From Psammoneis japonica (Eukaryota), in the NCBI GenBank assembly GCA_008632985.1, contig QPGO01000106.1, positions 124,001 through 188,000 of the forward strand: a stretch of 64,000 bases of DNA. The letters are read 5' to 3'. Positions 1 through 10,344 of this stretch are shown one piece after another. The notes under the pieces were generated by a model. It was not told the DNA's origin, searched no databases, and worked only from the letters and a program-made list of their open reading frames with translations. Positions within the stretch are counted from its first letter, which is position 1; each line of letters begins with the position of its first letter. The translations under genes were made by a program, and so were the position numbers.

Positions 1-1109
1 TGATAGGACAAAAACTTTTCGGTATCCCAACCATTGTCGGAAAAGGGCATCCATTCAATAAAGCGAACATCCAAATTGGGCAACCTTTCGGTAAGCAAAC
101 AAAAATCTTTGAGTTCCTCATGGTTAATACCCTTCATGACGACCATGTTGAGCTTGACACGACCCTTTGGAAAGATTTGACAAGCACGCTCTATGGATCG
201 CCAAACCTTGTCAAAGGCGTTTCGTCGTGTCAATTCTTGAAATTTGGTCCGATCCAACGTGTCCAAGGAAATGTTAATGTGCGTCAAGCCGGCATCCAAG
301 AGTTGCTGCAATTGGTCGGAAGAGGTGGAAAGCGTCACACCGTTGGTCGTAATTCCAATCTGTTCCAGAGTCGGAAACTTGGACAACTCGCTTACAATCT
401 CCACCAAGTCTTTGCGCAACAGTGGTTCGCCTCCCGTCAAACGAATCTTGGTGACGCCGGCCTTTATAAACATGCGTGTCAACGTCAGCAATTCAACCGT
501 TGACAGCAATTCGTTGGATGGTGACAGCGGCACACCCTCGGGTGGCATGCAATATTGACAACGCAAATTGCACTTTTCCACCAAGGACAAACGCAAATAG
601 GAATGATGACGTTGAAATTTGTCCGTCAAGATTTGTTCGTTTGGTAATACGGGTGGGAGCTCGTCCATGCGTTGTCGTAGTTCTTCCAGCGATAATAATG
701 TAGTGTCCTTTTCTGGTTTATTCTTTTTTGTTGTTTCTGTAGTGGATGGTGATTTGTTCCATATTTTTACAATTGCGTCTTGTGCTTGATCTAGTTCTAA
801 TTGTTCCTGAAGTGCCTTGAGTCTCGGGCGACTGCTTTTCTTGCGGGTGGTACTCACAGTACCTGTTCTCGTTGTTGTTGTTCTTGAAGCTCTTATTTTC
901 TTCTGAGATGTACTATCCAAGGATATGGATGAAAAATTAGATACAGGACTCCATCTTGTTGTTTGTGAATAATGGGATGGCAGCAACAGTCCGTTTTCAG
1001 CAATTGTTTCTCGCACTAAAGAAGAAAATTGAGGTATGTTTGATAGTTGTTGTTGTTTTCTGAAACGCAAAGAGCGGGTCAACAAAGACCCTCGCGCAAG
1101 ATGAACCAT
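1..1109 (-). CDS. CNX2: GTP 3',8-cyclase (MoaA/CNX2/MOCS1A, molybdenum cofactor biosynthesis), 3' end outside window
   Basis: Open frame translated by hand from ATG at 1109 (MVHLARGSLLTRSLRFRK..., transit-peptide-like). It contains LTDKFQRHHSYLRLSLVEKCNLRCQYCMP (CxxxCxxC), KIRLTGGEPLLRKDL and VKLNMVVMKGIN...VRFIEWMPF. Not in the ORF track because it runs off the window edge. Confidence 0.95.
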   Translation of the reverse strand, partial: MVHLARGSLLTRSLRFRKQQQLSNIPQFSSLVRETIAENGLLLPSHYSQTTRWSPVSNFSSISLDSTSQKKIRASRTTTTRTGTVSTTRKKSSRPRLKALQEQLELDQAQDAIVKIWNKSPSTTETTKKNKPEKDTTLLSLEELRQRMDELPPVLPNEQILTDKFQRHHSYLRLSLVEKCNLRCQYCMPPEGVPLSPSNELLSTVELLTLTRMFIKAGVTKIRLTGGEPLLRKDLVEIVSELSKFPTLEQIGITTNGVTLSTSSDQLQQLLDAGLTHINISLDTLDRTKFQELTRRNAFDKVWRSIERACQIFPKGRVKLNMVVMKGINHEELKDFCLLTERLPNLDVRFIEWMPFSDNGWDTEKFLSY

Positions 1110-2529
1110 TATAATATATGCTAGAGACAAGCCTGGCTTTTTCTATTGCAACAAGAATTGCAAGACCTCTGAGAAACAACAACAACAACACAACGCCAAC
1201 AACGAACAAAGTTCCAGTCGAAAAAAAAAAGTGAGAAACAACGCGAGAGCGAGCGACGTGGGACGTGGCGTCTGCGTAGACTGTCGTAGAAAACATACTG
1301 CAAGCAAAACTACCGGCAGTGGGGGCGGGGGATGGCATGCAAGACACTATCGTATCGGACCATGGCAGACGACATCAAAAAAGCGCGCGATCGCGATCGA
1401 AGCGGGTGAAGGAAAGCGCAGCTGCATGCAACGCGCCAACTGGGAAAAGAAGGAGAGGAAGAACATGCAAGCCCCTACAAAAAAGGCTTGCCCAACAAGT
1501 GCTCCTCATGCAAGAACAAGAGAGTGGTGATGGAGGAAGACCCAAGAGATGAGAGGAGAGGGCCATCTGTGCACAGCAGCAGTGCCGACAAAACGAAAGC
1601 AAACGTGTGCCTTCATCACTCAGGCAAGAAATGTGCACACTGCTGAGGTCAGACGTTGCAGCTGTCCTTCTTCTGCATGCCACTGGTGTGCATTTTGTGT
1701 GAGGAGACCTTGAGATGCTTGCTCTTGCTTGGCAACATCTGACCTTTTTCTGCCAACACTGTGCATTTTGTGTGAGAGGAAACCTCCTTTGTGCTTGGCT
1801 GCTCTTGCTTGGTGGAGAGCATGCTGCTGGTGGGAGACAAAACAACAACAACAAAATTTCCACAAGAGAGGTGATTTTTGGCAAGAAAATGATGGCACAA
1901 TGCATGCACTGTTGTTTTTCAGGTGCGCTTGATGGCCTGTTTTGCTGTTTCTTTCACTGGATCTTCACTTGTTTGAAAGAGTGTCCTCTTCATTGTGTGG
2001 AAAGAGAGAGAGAGAGCTGAAAAAGAAGAGTGTGACCTCTGCTGGTGTGCTGCTCCATTTTGTGTGTGTGAAAAGTCAGGAAAGCCAACTTCGCAGAGGG
2101 GAATTTCATGTGCAATCAATTCTCTCAAAGAACGACAGATTTGTCAACCTCTGAGCAGGCATCTTGAATGACTTGTCAGTGGTGGTGCTCAAATGGCAGC
2201 ATCAAAGCTCAATGGCCATTGCACAATTTGGGTGGAGTTTTGTGCTTGGCGGCAGAGGCAGGTGTGTGCAGTGCAGCTGCACAAAGGAGAATCTTGAGAC
2301 AGAATTTCATCACTGTTTGAGCAAGAAGCTCCACTTTAGAATGAAGGAAAACAGCCACATTGCAGCATGCCTCGCCACTGGACAACACGGCGAGACCATG
2401 CACAAGCCTCTTGTACGTGGCAACGCGGTGTTGTTGACACGTGCCTGGGAAGCACGACCACAGGAGGGCGTGGCTCTAGGTCTCAGGCAATTCCAGAAGG
2501 ATGCTAAGAGAGCATCCGTGTGAAGCACA

Positions 2530-3290
2530 CTGGCCCGTATAAAATTCAAAGACGCGGAAAGGACACCTTGCAATTGTGGGCAGTCACAATGATTGACCCA
2601 GCAACCAGGTGGTTCGAGATTAAAGAAGTGTCTGCGAAACGCGCAGACGTCGCAGCAAACGTCGTGGAACAAACGTGGCCATGCAGACATCCGTGGCCAA
2701 CCCAGGCAGTTTATGACCGTGGGACAGAATTCATGGCAGAATTTAGCCAGATGATTAAAAGTGACCATGGGATTTTGAAGAAACCCACAAGTGAACGGAA
2801 TCCACAGGCAAATGCCACAGTGGAGCGTGTGCACCAGACACTTGGCAACATGGTGCGTTCCTTTTCAGTGCAGGATGTGGAACTGGATGAAGATGACCCA
2901 TGGAGTGGCATCCTCTCCGCAGTGGCCTTCGCTGTTAGAGCTGCGGCACACACGACCACGCGTGCAAGTCCCATGCAATTGGTCTTCGGACATGATGCGG
3001 TTTTGTCTGTTGCCCATCGTGCTGAGTGGAAGCACATAGAAACCAGAAAGCAGAAGCTCACCCACTTAAACAACAAGCGTGAAAATCAGAAACGCAAGGA
3101 GCATCAACACACCGCAGGGCAATTGGCACTCATCAAACAGGAACAATCCTCTAAATGCGGTTCTGACAGCTGTGCAGGACCCGCCAGAGTTGTCCGTGCA
3201 TGTGACAACGGCACGTTGCGTGTCCAGAATGGAGCGCTGACAGACACGTGCAATCTACGGCAGATTGCACCCTGTCACCAGCAAGACATT
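2530..3290 (+). pseudogene. Retrotransposon integrase core plus C-terminal GPY/F-like region (degenerate)
   Basis: GPYKI...MIDPATRWFEI, YDRGTEF, NPQANATVERVHQTLGNM, SPMQLVFG. Several positions expected to be Tyr read His or Cys (RHPWP, DHGI, CAGP). Confidence 0.9.
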
Positions 3291-4339
3291 CTGTCACTTA
3301 ACGGCCCTGATCATGGGGGAGTTTGCAGCATGCCTTGCTGCTGGACAACATGGCGAGACCGTGCACAAGCCTCTTGCACATGGCAACGCAGTGTTGTCAA
3401 CACGCACCTGGGAAGCACGACCACAGGAGGGCGTGGCTCTGGGTCTTGGGCAATTCCAGAAGGATGCCAAGAGAGCATCCGTGTGAAGCACACTAGCCCG
3501 TCGTCTGGCCCACGATGGCAGCGTGATTCCACACGATGACATCACTCGTGCATGGCGCGTGATGGCTTGATTTGCACGATCCACAATGCGAACGCACGAT
3601 CGATTTGATGCGATCCAAATGCGAACGAACAGGGATTTGGCAAGATTCCCTGTTCGCACGATCCCATTTTCTCTACTCTAAACTGGCTCATAATTTTCAC
3701 AACGACAAAGTTGCAACACATCTTCTTTTTCAGCGCCCAGTGCACACATGGGGCACAGCAGGACCCGCCAGAGTTGTCCGTGTGTGTGACAACGGCACGT
3801 TGCGTGTCCAGAATGGAGCGCTGATGGACACGTGCAATCTACGGCAGATTGCACCCTGTCACCAGCAAGACATTCTGTCACTCAACGGCCCTGATCATGG
3901 GGGAGTGTGCAGCATGCCTCACTGCTGGACAACACGGCGAGACCGTGCATGAGCCTCTTGCACGTGGCTGCGCAGTGTTGTTAACACGCACCTGGGAAGC
4001 ACGACCACAGGAGGGCGTGGCTCTGGGTCTTGGGCAATTCCAGAAGGATGCTGAGAGAGCATCCGTGTGAAGCACACTGGCCCGTCGTCTGGCCCACGAT
4101 GGCAGTGTGATTCCACACAATGACATCACTCGTGCATGGCGTGTGATGGCTTGATTCGCACGATCCACAATGCGAACGCACGATTGATTTGATGCAATCC
4201 AAATGCGAGCGAATGGGGATTTGGCAAGATTCCCCATTCGCACGATCCCATTTTCTCTGCTCTAAACTGGCTCACAATTTTCACAATGACAAAGTCGCAA
4301 CACATCTTCTTTTTCAGCGCCCAGTGCACACATGGGGCA
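3174..4339 (+). repeat. Tandem duplication with 584-bp period (integrase tail + PPT + LTR)
   Basis: GCAGGACCCGCCAGAGTTGTCCG starts at 3174 and 3758. Both units end ...CACATGGGGCA at 3755 and 4339. Confidence 0.95.
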
Positions 4340-5883
4340 ACATGACCAAGACATCATGCCGCTCATGTTGTTTTGTTCTGCTTTGTGCCTTTGCACCCAA
4401 TCAAAATTTGATTGATGTGTTGGTGTGTCTAAAGAAAGCATCACCCACAACAACTTCAAGCAAACATGTCAAATTACAAAATTCACACCACACCAGCACC
4501 ACATCACAAAGACACCGACATGTTTTGTTTTTTGTGTGTGTTTGGCACCAAGAGCCGAGTGTTGTAAAGAGTTTTTTCTTTGAATTCTGAGGAATGGAAA
4601 AAAGCAAAAACATGTCAAAAATGCTGCAAGTCAAAAGGCTGTCCACAAGGCAAAACAATCAGCAAAAAAATCAAAATTCCAGCCTTGTTGCTGACCTCTT
4701 TCAGAGCTTGTGCTGCTGCTCTCTCAGTCATCATGATGGCAGCTTTGGCGCAAAAACAAGCAAGTTCATGGGGCAGCATGGAGCATGATGGTGGCACCAT
4801 TTTCAGTGTGCATGACTCTGCAGTTCATGACATGAAAAAATGCGTCTTTTTTGGAGCTCAATTTTCTCACATGGATTTGGTGCCAGGGGCATGTTGTGAG
4901 ACACAGAACAAAAAACAAGGAAAACCTCATGCTTTGTCAAACATTTCTCACCCAAAGTTGCTGGCATGGCCACAAGAGCATGCCAGCAGCATCTCTGAAG
5001 CAAGAAGAAACACAGGAGAAGGAGCACACTGGCAGTTGACACACCAGGAGATTTTTGTGCAGCTGAGCAAGAAGCTGGTGCTGCACAGCATTTTTGTTTG
5101 AGAGAAGCACCTGGTGTGTGGTGCTCCAAGAACAGCAGCCCGAGGTGTGAACTGACCCATGCTTCATGTTGACCAGGCATTTTCTTCTGACATTGAAGAA
5201 ATCATCCAGCTGATTTTTGGTCTCACAAGAGTTTGTGACATTTCTGCAGAAGAGCGTGCATGCAAACACGTGTGTGCGCCATGCATCGTCATGACAAAAC
5301 AACTCTGTCATGTCATGTCTTCACAGCCCAACAGTGCAAGGTCCATCAAAAGAGCTCAAATGCATTTCTCCCACCAAAAGCCCAGCAGCAAGAGAACAAG
5401 CTCTTTCTTTCTGCAGTGCAAGTGGAAGAGAAGAGCTGCAAACTTGAGGAAGAGAGTTTGCAAAATGAGGTGCTTCTTTCTTGCCGCTCCCCTGATGGTG
5501 TGGGAACATGCTGCATGCTGGGAGAACAGGGTTGAGCAGAAAGCAAAACAATTTTTGGCATCATGAGCAGCTTTCCCCCCCATGACTTTCGTGTGAAGGC
5601 AAAACGGGTGAGGTGTGGGTGAAGGTCGTGCAGCCCACTCCTTGGAGGGCTCCTCTGCTCAACACCATCGCAACACATGAAATTTCTTCAACAGGAGATG
5701 CTTCTTTGAAAGTGTTTCCATCTCACATGGTGGCATCAACTTCCATTGCCACTGATGGTGGGAGCATGCTGGGAGAAGATAGAGGGTCAAGCATGGTCCA
5801 AAAAATTTCTGGCGCATGATCTGTCAGGGGTTGCCACAGCCTTGAATTGCTTGCGCGCTTTTCGCGCTCAAGGAGGAAATGGA

Positions 5884-6358
5884 TGACGTGCGCGTGATCA
5901 CGTCCCACTTCTTTGGGTTCTGCTCAACGTCATCGCAACACATAAAGTATCTTCAAAACCTGAGAGTCGTTAATGACTCACGATGACGTATCAGGTTGAA
6001 TTTGATTCCCCATGACGCTGAACTGACGTCGACCAAGTCGACGTCACAAATTTTTCTCGTTGAAAACTTACTGAAGAGTTTTGTATGTAGGATTTGTAGG
6101 GAAACTGTCGTTGATGCCACATCGATTTGGGCTTGTCCACCGAGGGAAGATAACGTCTTGTTAACCTCTATTTTTGAAATTGTATAGAAATTATTAGTTT
6201 TTCAATTCGTATGCGAACTCTAGAGTTCTGAATTTCAAGTAAATATCTACACAAAGTACCGAAAGCCAACGAACACCTGTAGAAAGTGACGTAGAATGTA
6301 CCAGTCAACGTGGAATTCTACGAGGCGAATGTTCTTTCTGTGGACCACGCAAACGTCA
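5884..6358. promoter_or_regulatory. Cluster of seven TGACGT/ACGTCA motifs upstream of the gene at 6433
   Basis: Motifs at 5884, 5927, 5984, 6024, 6041, 6287 and 6353. TGACGT is a known bZIP/aureochrome-type site; function here is inferred. Confidence 0.4.
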
Positions 6359-6432
6359 TCGCTCCTCTTCGAGTGCCCTCGCTCATGAAGCTCTCATTTT
6401 TTTTGTTCAGCACGCCGACGACGAAAAACACA

Positions 6433-6849
6433 ATGATGAAGCAAGCTCTCTACCTCGCCTTGCTCGCCCTGGTGCTCTTTGTCTCTGGTACTACCGCCGC
6501 TGAAGATGAAGCACCAGAATTCTTGCGTCGTGAATTGGCCAAGAAGACCTGCGACATTTGCCCGCTCGTCACTCTTGACGATGTGAGCTGCTCAGGTTTC
6601 AAGATCAAGACCCGAGAACTTTGGGGCTCCTTTGCCAAGAAAAAGGATGACGGAAGCTATGATAACGAAGACTGTGACCAGAGGTGCTGCACCACTATTG
6701 CGGGAGGCGAAGATTCGTGCTGTGAAGACTACCCCGCCGGTTACTACGTTGCCTTCGCCTTGGGTGTTCTTGGATTGGTTGCCATGCTTGGATACTGCGT
6801 CTACTACGCCGTGTTCAAGAAGAAGGCTGAAAGCGAAGAGAAGGAGTAA
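6433..6849 (+). CDS. Small Cys-rich single-pass membrane protein with signal peptide
   Basis: MMKQALYLALLALVLFVSG signal peptide, Cys-rich ectodomain, TM helix (YYVAFALGVLGLVAMLGYCVYYAVF) followed by KKK. Normal codon usage. Confidence 0.8.
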   Translation: MMKQALYLALLALVLFVSGTTAAEDEAPEFLRRELAKKTCDICPLVTLDDVSCSGFKIKTRELWGSFAKKKDDGSYDNEDCDQRCCTTIAGGEDSCCEDYPAGYYVAFALGVLGLVAMLGYCVYYAVFKKKAESEEKE

Positions 6850-7489
6850 GCGAAGGATTTTTGAGATCTTTTTGATATTCTTGCGCAATCCAAGAAGTCT
6901 CTCTGGAAGATACAACTGTTCTTTCAGGCAGCAAGTTGGCATGCTGGCTTTTATGTGTTCTGTGTAATTATCATTATCATTCTCCAACCAAGGTGATGCT
7001 AACTGTAATTAGAAAAAAAACGTGTTGATACTACACTTGAGTTTGATTCTCTTTGCTGTTGTATGTCTAGCATCAGCAAGTTCCGTCCGCCTGCTAGACT
7101 ATTGGGGGATCGCTGCAAGTGGTCTAATATTTTGATTTACTGTAGTACAGTACGGTCTCTCTACAGATTATGTTGCATGCTTATGAAAGCCTTTGCGTAC
7201 AGCAGCAACAGTTAATGTGATGCACAAGCGCCGTCATCTCCTTTTCTCCTACTTAGTTGCGTGTACAGTGTACAGTGCCTACAGGTGAAAGCATTGGAAA
7301 CTAGGTTCTCTCTGCAAGTCTCCGGGGGTTCGTACATACTAGGTTGCGCCCCCTTTTCGAGCTGCATGTACGACTATTTTGGTATATTGATTCCAAAGCC
7401 TTTCGACTCTCTAGTAGAAATTTGCAGTATGCATTATATTATATCCGAAAGGATTGTAGAAACTGTGATATAGCATGCCGTGTAGAGTT

Positions 7490-8716
7490 TCAGTTCTCTA
7501 ATCTCCGAGTCTCGAATGGCTCTATGCTCTTGCTGCTGTTGTTTTGAAAAGCCTTCCAGTCTAGCCAACCTTGCCGAGCTTTTTTCACGGCATCCTCGTA
7601 GACAATAATATCGTCTGCAAGTCTCGCGAACAAGATGGATTCTTGTGAATCGGACAGGACAACATCGGCTGCCGCTTCTTTTGGCCAACTCGAGCGACCG
7701 TTATTAAACTCGCTCCAGCCAAAAACGGATCGCATCATGTCCACGCTATGCTCCATGTCTTCCAAGACTGTAACTAGATCCATCAATTCAAGGTTGGATT
7801 GAGCTTGGTATCGAAGCGCAGTTGCGTTCTCTACGTTGCCATACGTCGACGCGCCACCCAAGAATTGCAGAATTGAGTTTGTTCGTTTCAATTGACAGGG
7901 ACTCGTGGGATCCAGAAAATAGTCGGCAAATGTCTTGTTACGAATACATTCGTGCTTGTATCCGTACTTGATTTCCTTGAACCATGACTCTTCCAACGCT
8001 CGTGGGGAACGCACTTGTGTCCATGTGATCCATTTCTTGTCTTTGAACAACACGTCTCGCTCGGCAGGAGAAAGATTTTCTAGACTACCCTCGAGCTGCA
8101 CAAAAGTGACATTGGCAGAACAGTTTGTCAAGGTTGGGCAGATTGAGTTTGGGAATCTCAATCCGGCAGTAACTTCCCCGTTCTTCTGAGCAATTGCGTT
8201 GATGTATGTCCCTCCGGCCTTGGATATGTGATGAAAAAAGATGGGTTTCCGCTCTCTCTGTTGCCTACCACCTTGTTCTGTTTTTGAATGGGATGATGAT
8301 TCTCTCCGTGGTCCTGTCCTCAAATGCCGCTCTTGTTGACTATTTTGATACTTTGCTTCTTCTGTGGATTTCGAGTGAAATGACTTCTCATCTACTGCTT
8401 TCGAATGTCGCTCTTCTTGTACCATCAGTGATTGCTTTTCTGGGAGCAGAGGGCCTGCTTCAACAGTTATAGAATTGGATGTATCCCCTTGGAAAGCAGC
8501 ATCTCTCAAACGTCGCTCAAGCACTTTTGGTCGGAGTCTATCTGACGAAAGAATGAGTGAGTCTGCCGGAGCAGGTACTCTTGGCAGTTCAGTGTAAATC
8601 CTGGAGTACTGGTTGTAGATCAAGGAAACATATGACAAAAGCAGCAATACCAGGTAGTTTCTTGAAATCGAGACACGAATCATCGTTCTATTTGAGATCT
8701 TTCGTCCTGCGTCCAT
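7490..8716 (-). CDS. Type II membrane sulfotransferase-like protein
   Basis: 408-aa ORF with an N-terminal TM segment, FFHHISKAGGT (5'-PSB-like PAPS-binding motif) and VRSP...ESWF (3'-PB-like). Confidence 0.72.
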   Translation of the reverse strand: MDAGRKISNRTMIRVSISRNYLVLLLLSYVSLIYNQYSRIYTELPRVPAPADSLILSSDRLRPKVLERRLRDAAFQGDTSNSITVEAGPLLPEKQSLMVQEERHSKAVDEKSFHSKSTEEAKYQNSQQERHLRTGPRRESSSHSKTEQGGRQQRERKPIFFHHISKAGGTYINAIAQKNGEVTAGLRFPNSICPTLTNCSANVTFVQLEGSLENLSPAERDVLFKDKKWITWTQVRSPRALEESWFKEIKYGYKHECIRNKTFADYFLDPTSPCQLKRTNSILQFLGGASTYGNVENATALRYQAQSNLELMDLVTVLEDMEHSVDMMRSVFGWSEFNNGRSSWPKEAAADVVLSDSQESILFARLADDIIVYEDAVKKARQGWLDWKAFQNNSSKSIEPFETRRLEN

Positions 8717-9047
8717 TGTGTTGTTGTGCCATCAACTATCTTTTCTTATGTGGGGTACTTGGTCTTGGTCCTTGGTCCCGTCGGAGGCTTTTTTTGTCGG
8801 GGGATCGGCGGAGTGCCGAAGTTTATTTCCGTTCAAGATATATAAGTATTCGTCATCTGCAAAAGTGTTATTATGTATGGTTGTACTAAAATTTTCTATA
8901 CATTCCTCATTTTGGATATTCAATACATGTAACGCACGAATCATCAGCTCAATCCAACTTTTTGCGAAAAAAGACCGAAAAGCATAAAAAATAAGAAACT
9001 TGTGTGCCTGCGCCAGTAAAAGGACATGCCGCAATTGCCACTCCAGC

Positions 9048-9518
9048 AGTCGGAAGAATCGAATCTAACACCATCGCTGCACCGCGGCAAAGGTGGTCGA
9101 GTCATTGGCATTGACTTGTCACCACAAGATGCAGGCAGCTGTTGTTGCCTTCTGTGTGGCTGGAGGTGGAAAAAATGCTCTCGCTGCTTGTCACCAAGCC
9201 TGCAAATGGCCCAGATTTTGACACGAAGTTCTGGACCTTTTGACTCATCACCAGAGACATGCTCTGCTCTCCCGCTGCAAAAAACAATTCAACAACATTG
9301 ACCTTCACAAGGAAACACAAAGGCACACACCACCAGCACTTGAAACAACTGATCAAAACCATCTGTTTGCTCTCTCCTGCACTTGTGTCTCTCAATCGCT
9401 TCTCTCCAGCTGGCAAGCAGTGCTCTGCTTGTCCTTGAAATCCAAAGCAGTGTGACCATGTCAGATCACCCCATTTGTGCACAAGATCAATTTTGTGCCA
9501 GCTCAAAGCACACTTTCA
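9048..9518 (+). repeat. Diverged, TpA-converted copy of 19658-20022
   Basis: Shared collinear blocks GTCGGAAGAA.CGAATCTAACACC.TCG.TGCACCGCGGCAAAGG, TTGAAACA...GATCAAA, TGCACAAGATCAA and CAAAGCA.ACTTTCA. Confidence 0.8.
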
Positions 9519-9945
9519 AGCAGCTCATCCAAAAGCTCATTTTTGAGGTCGATGACCCAGATCATGTCCTTGCCGAGCGACTCGCCACTTTGTTTTGGTT
9601 TTCGCTGGTGGCAGGCAGCCAAGAAGTGCAACTTGCACCATGAGTGAGAGTGGTCCATTTGGCTGTCCAACCTCTGACATGTTTGCATGCATGCTCTTGC
9701 TTGCTGCCAATGTGATGAATGCGCGCCAGGTTGGGTTGTGTTTCTCAGATTTTGCAGCGGGTGTGGGACAAGCTCAGTGGCACCTTCATCACTCCAGATG
9801 CTTTCAAGAAGTGTCAAGCCACTCTCTGACAGGTGATGGCTGAGTGCAAACAAGTTGCTGCCCAAAGCACCATCCATTGTGAATTCGAGTTGGCAGCAAA
9901 ATGTTGCTGCCATTGGATTTGGTGGAGGCACCAACATCGCCAGAT

Positions 9946-10344
9946 GACGGGCTCCAGTCCCAGGTGGGACTCCGTGTGACATTGGGCCCGTAGAATTCTG
10001 CGTGCGAGCTCTGTGGCAAATTTGTCAAGCAATGAAAATGTGAATGATCGCCAACAGAAAAAGAGGCAATTTTACGAATGCATCTCCTCCTCCACACTTG
10101 CAGCACATCATCAACAGTTTGCCCGGGTGTGTTCTTCAGACATCAAAGAACACACCCAGAGCATTTTCATTCTCACAAATGTTGAAAATGGAAAGCCTTT
10201 GGCATTGCAAAATGGGGAGCATGAAACAATTTCATAGAATGTCACACACAGAAATCTGCGTGCGCGACATGCCGCGCGATCCAAAAAACTCTTGATGTCA
10301 CAGTGCAGCAGTGCGAGGTCCCCCACCCACAGCTGGAACGCGTC
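9946..10344. mobile_element. MITE-like non-autonomous DNA transposon, older converted copy
   Basis: GACG...CGTC termini with imperfect TIRs and a 4-bp TSD AGAT (9942-9945, 10345-10348). Ends are homologous to 15171-15560. Confidence 0.85.

Larger units (their letters stand above)
2361..4339 (+). mobile_element. Internally deleted Ty3/Gypsy-type LTR retrotransposon with duplicated 3' end
   Basis: Truncated 5' LTR at 2361-2538, integrase relic, polypurine tract CATGGGGGAG, and full TG...CA LTRs at 3324-3755 and 3908-4339. 4-bp target-site duplication ACAT at 2357-2360 and 4340-4343. Confidence 0.88.
1480..5870. other. TpA-depleted, TpG/CpA-rich degenerate repeat block 1
   Basis: TA dinucleotides are nearly absent outside the integrase segment. 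ORFs in all frames are Cys/His/Gln-rich and almost Tyr-free. Boundaries are approximate. Confidence 0.9.

Noticed and set aside
2361..4339. Classical fungal RIP or plain CpG deamination as the full explanation
   Set aside because: RIP creates TpA from CpA. Here TpA is lost, with direction set by conserved Tyr codons and the young MITE. CpG decay cannot remove TA.
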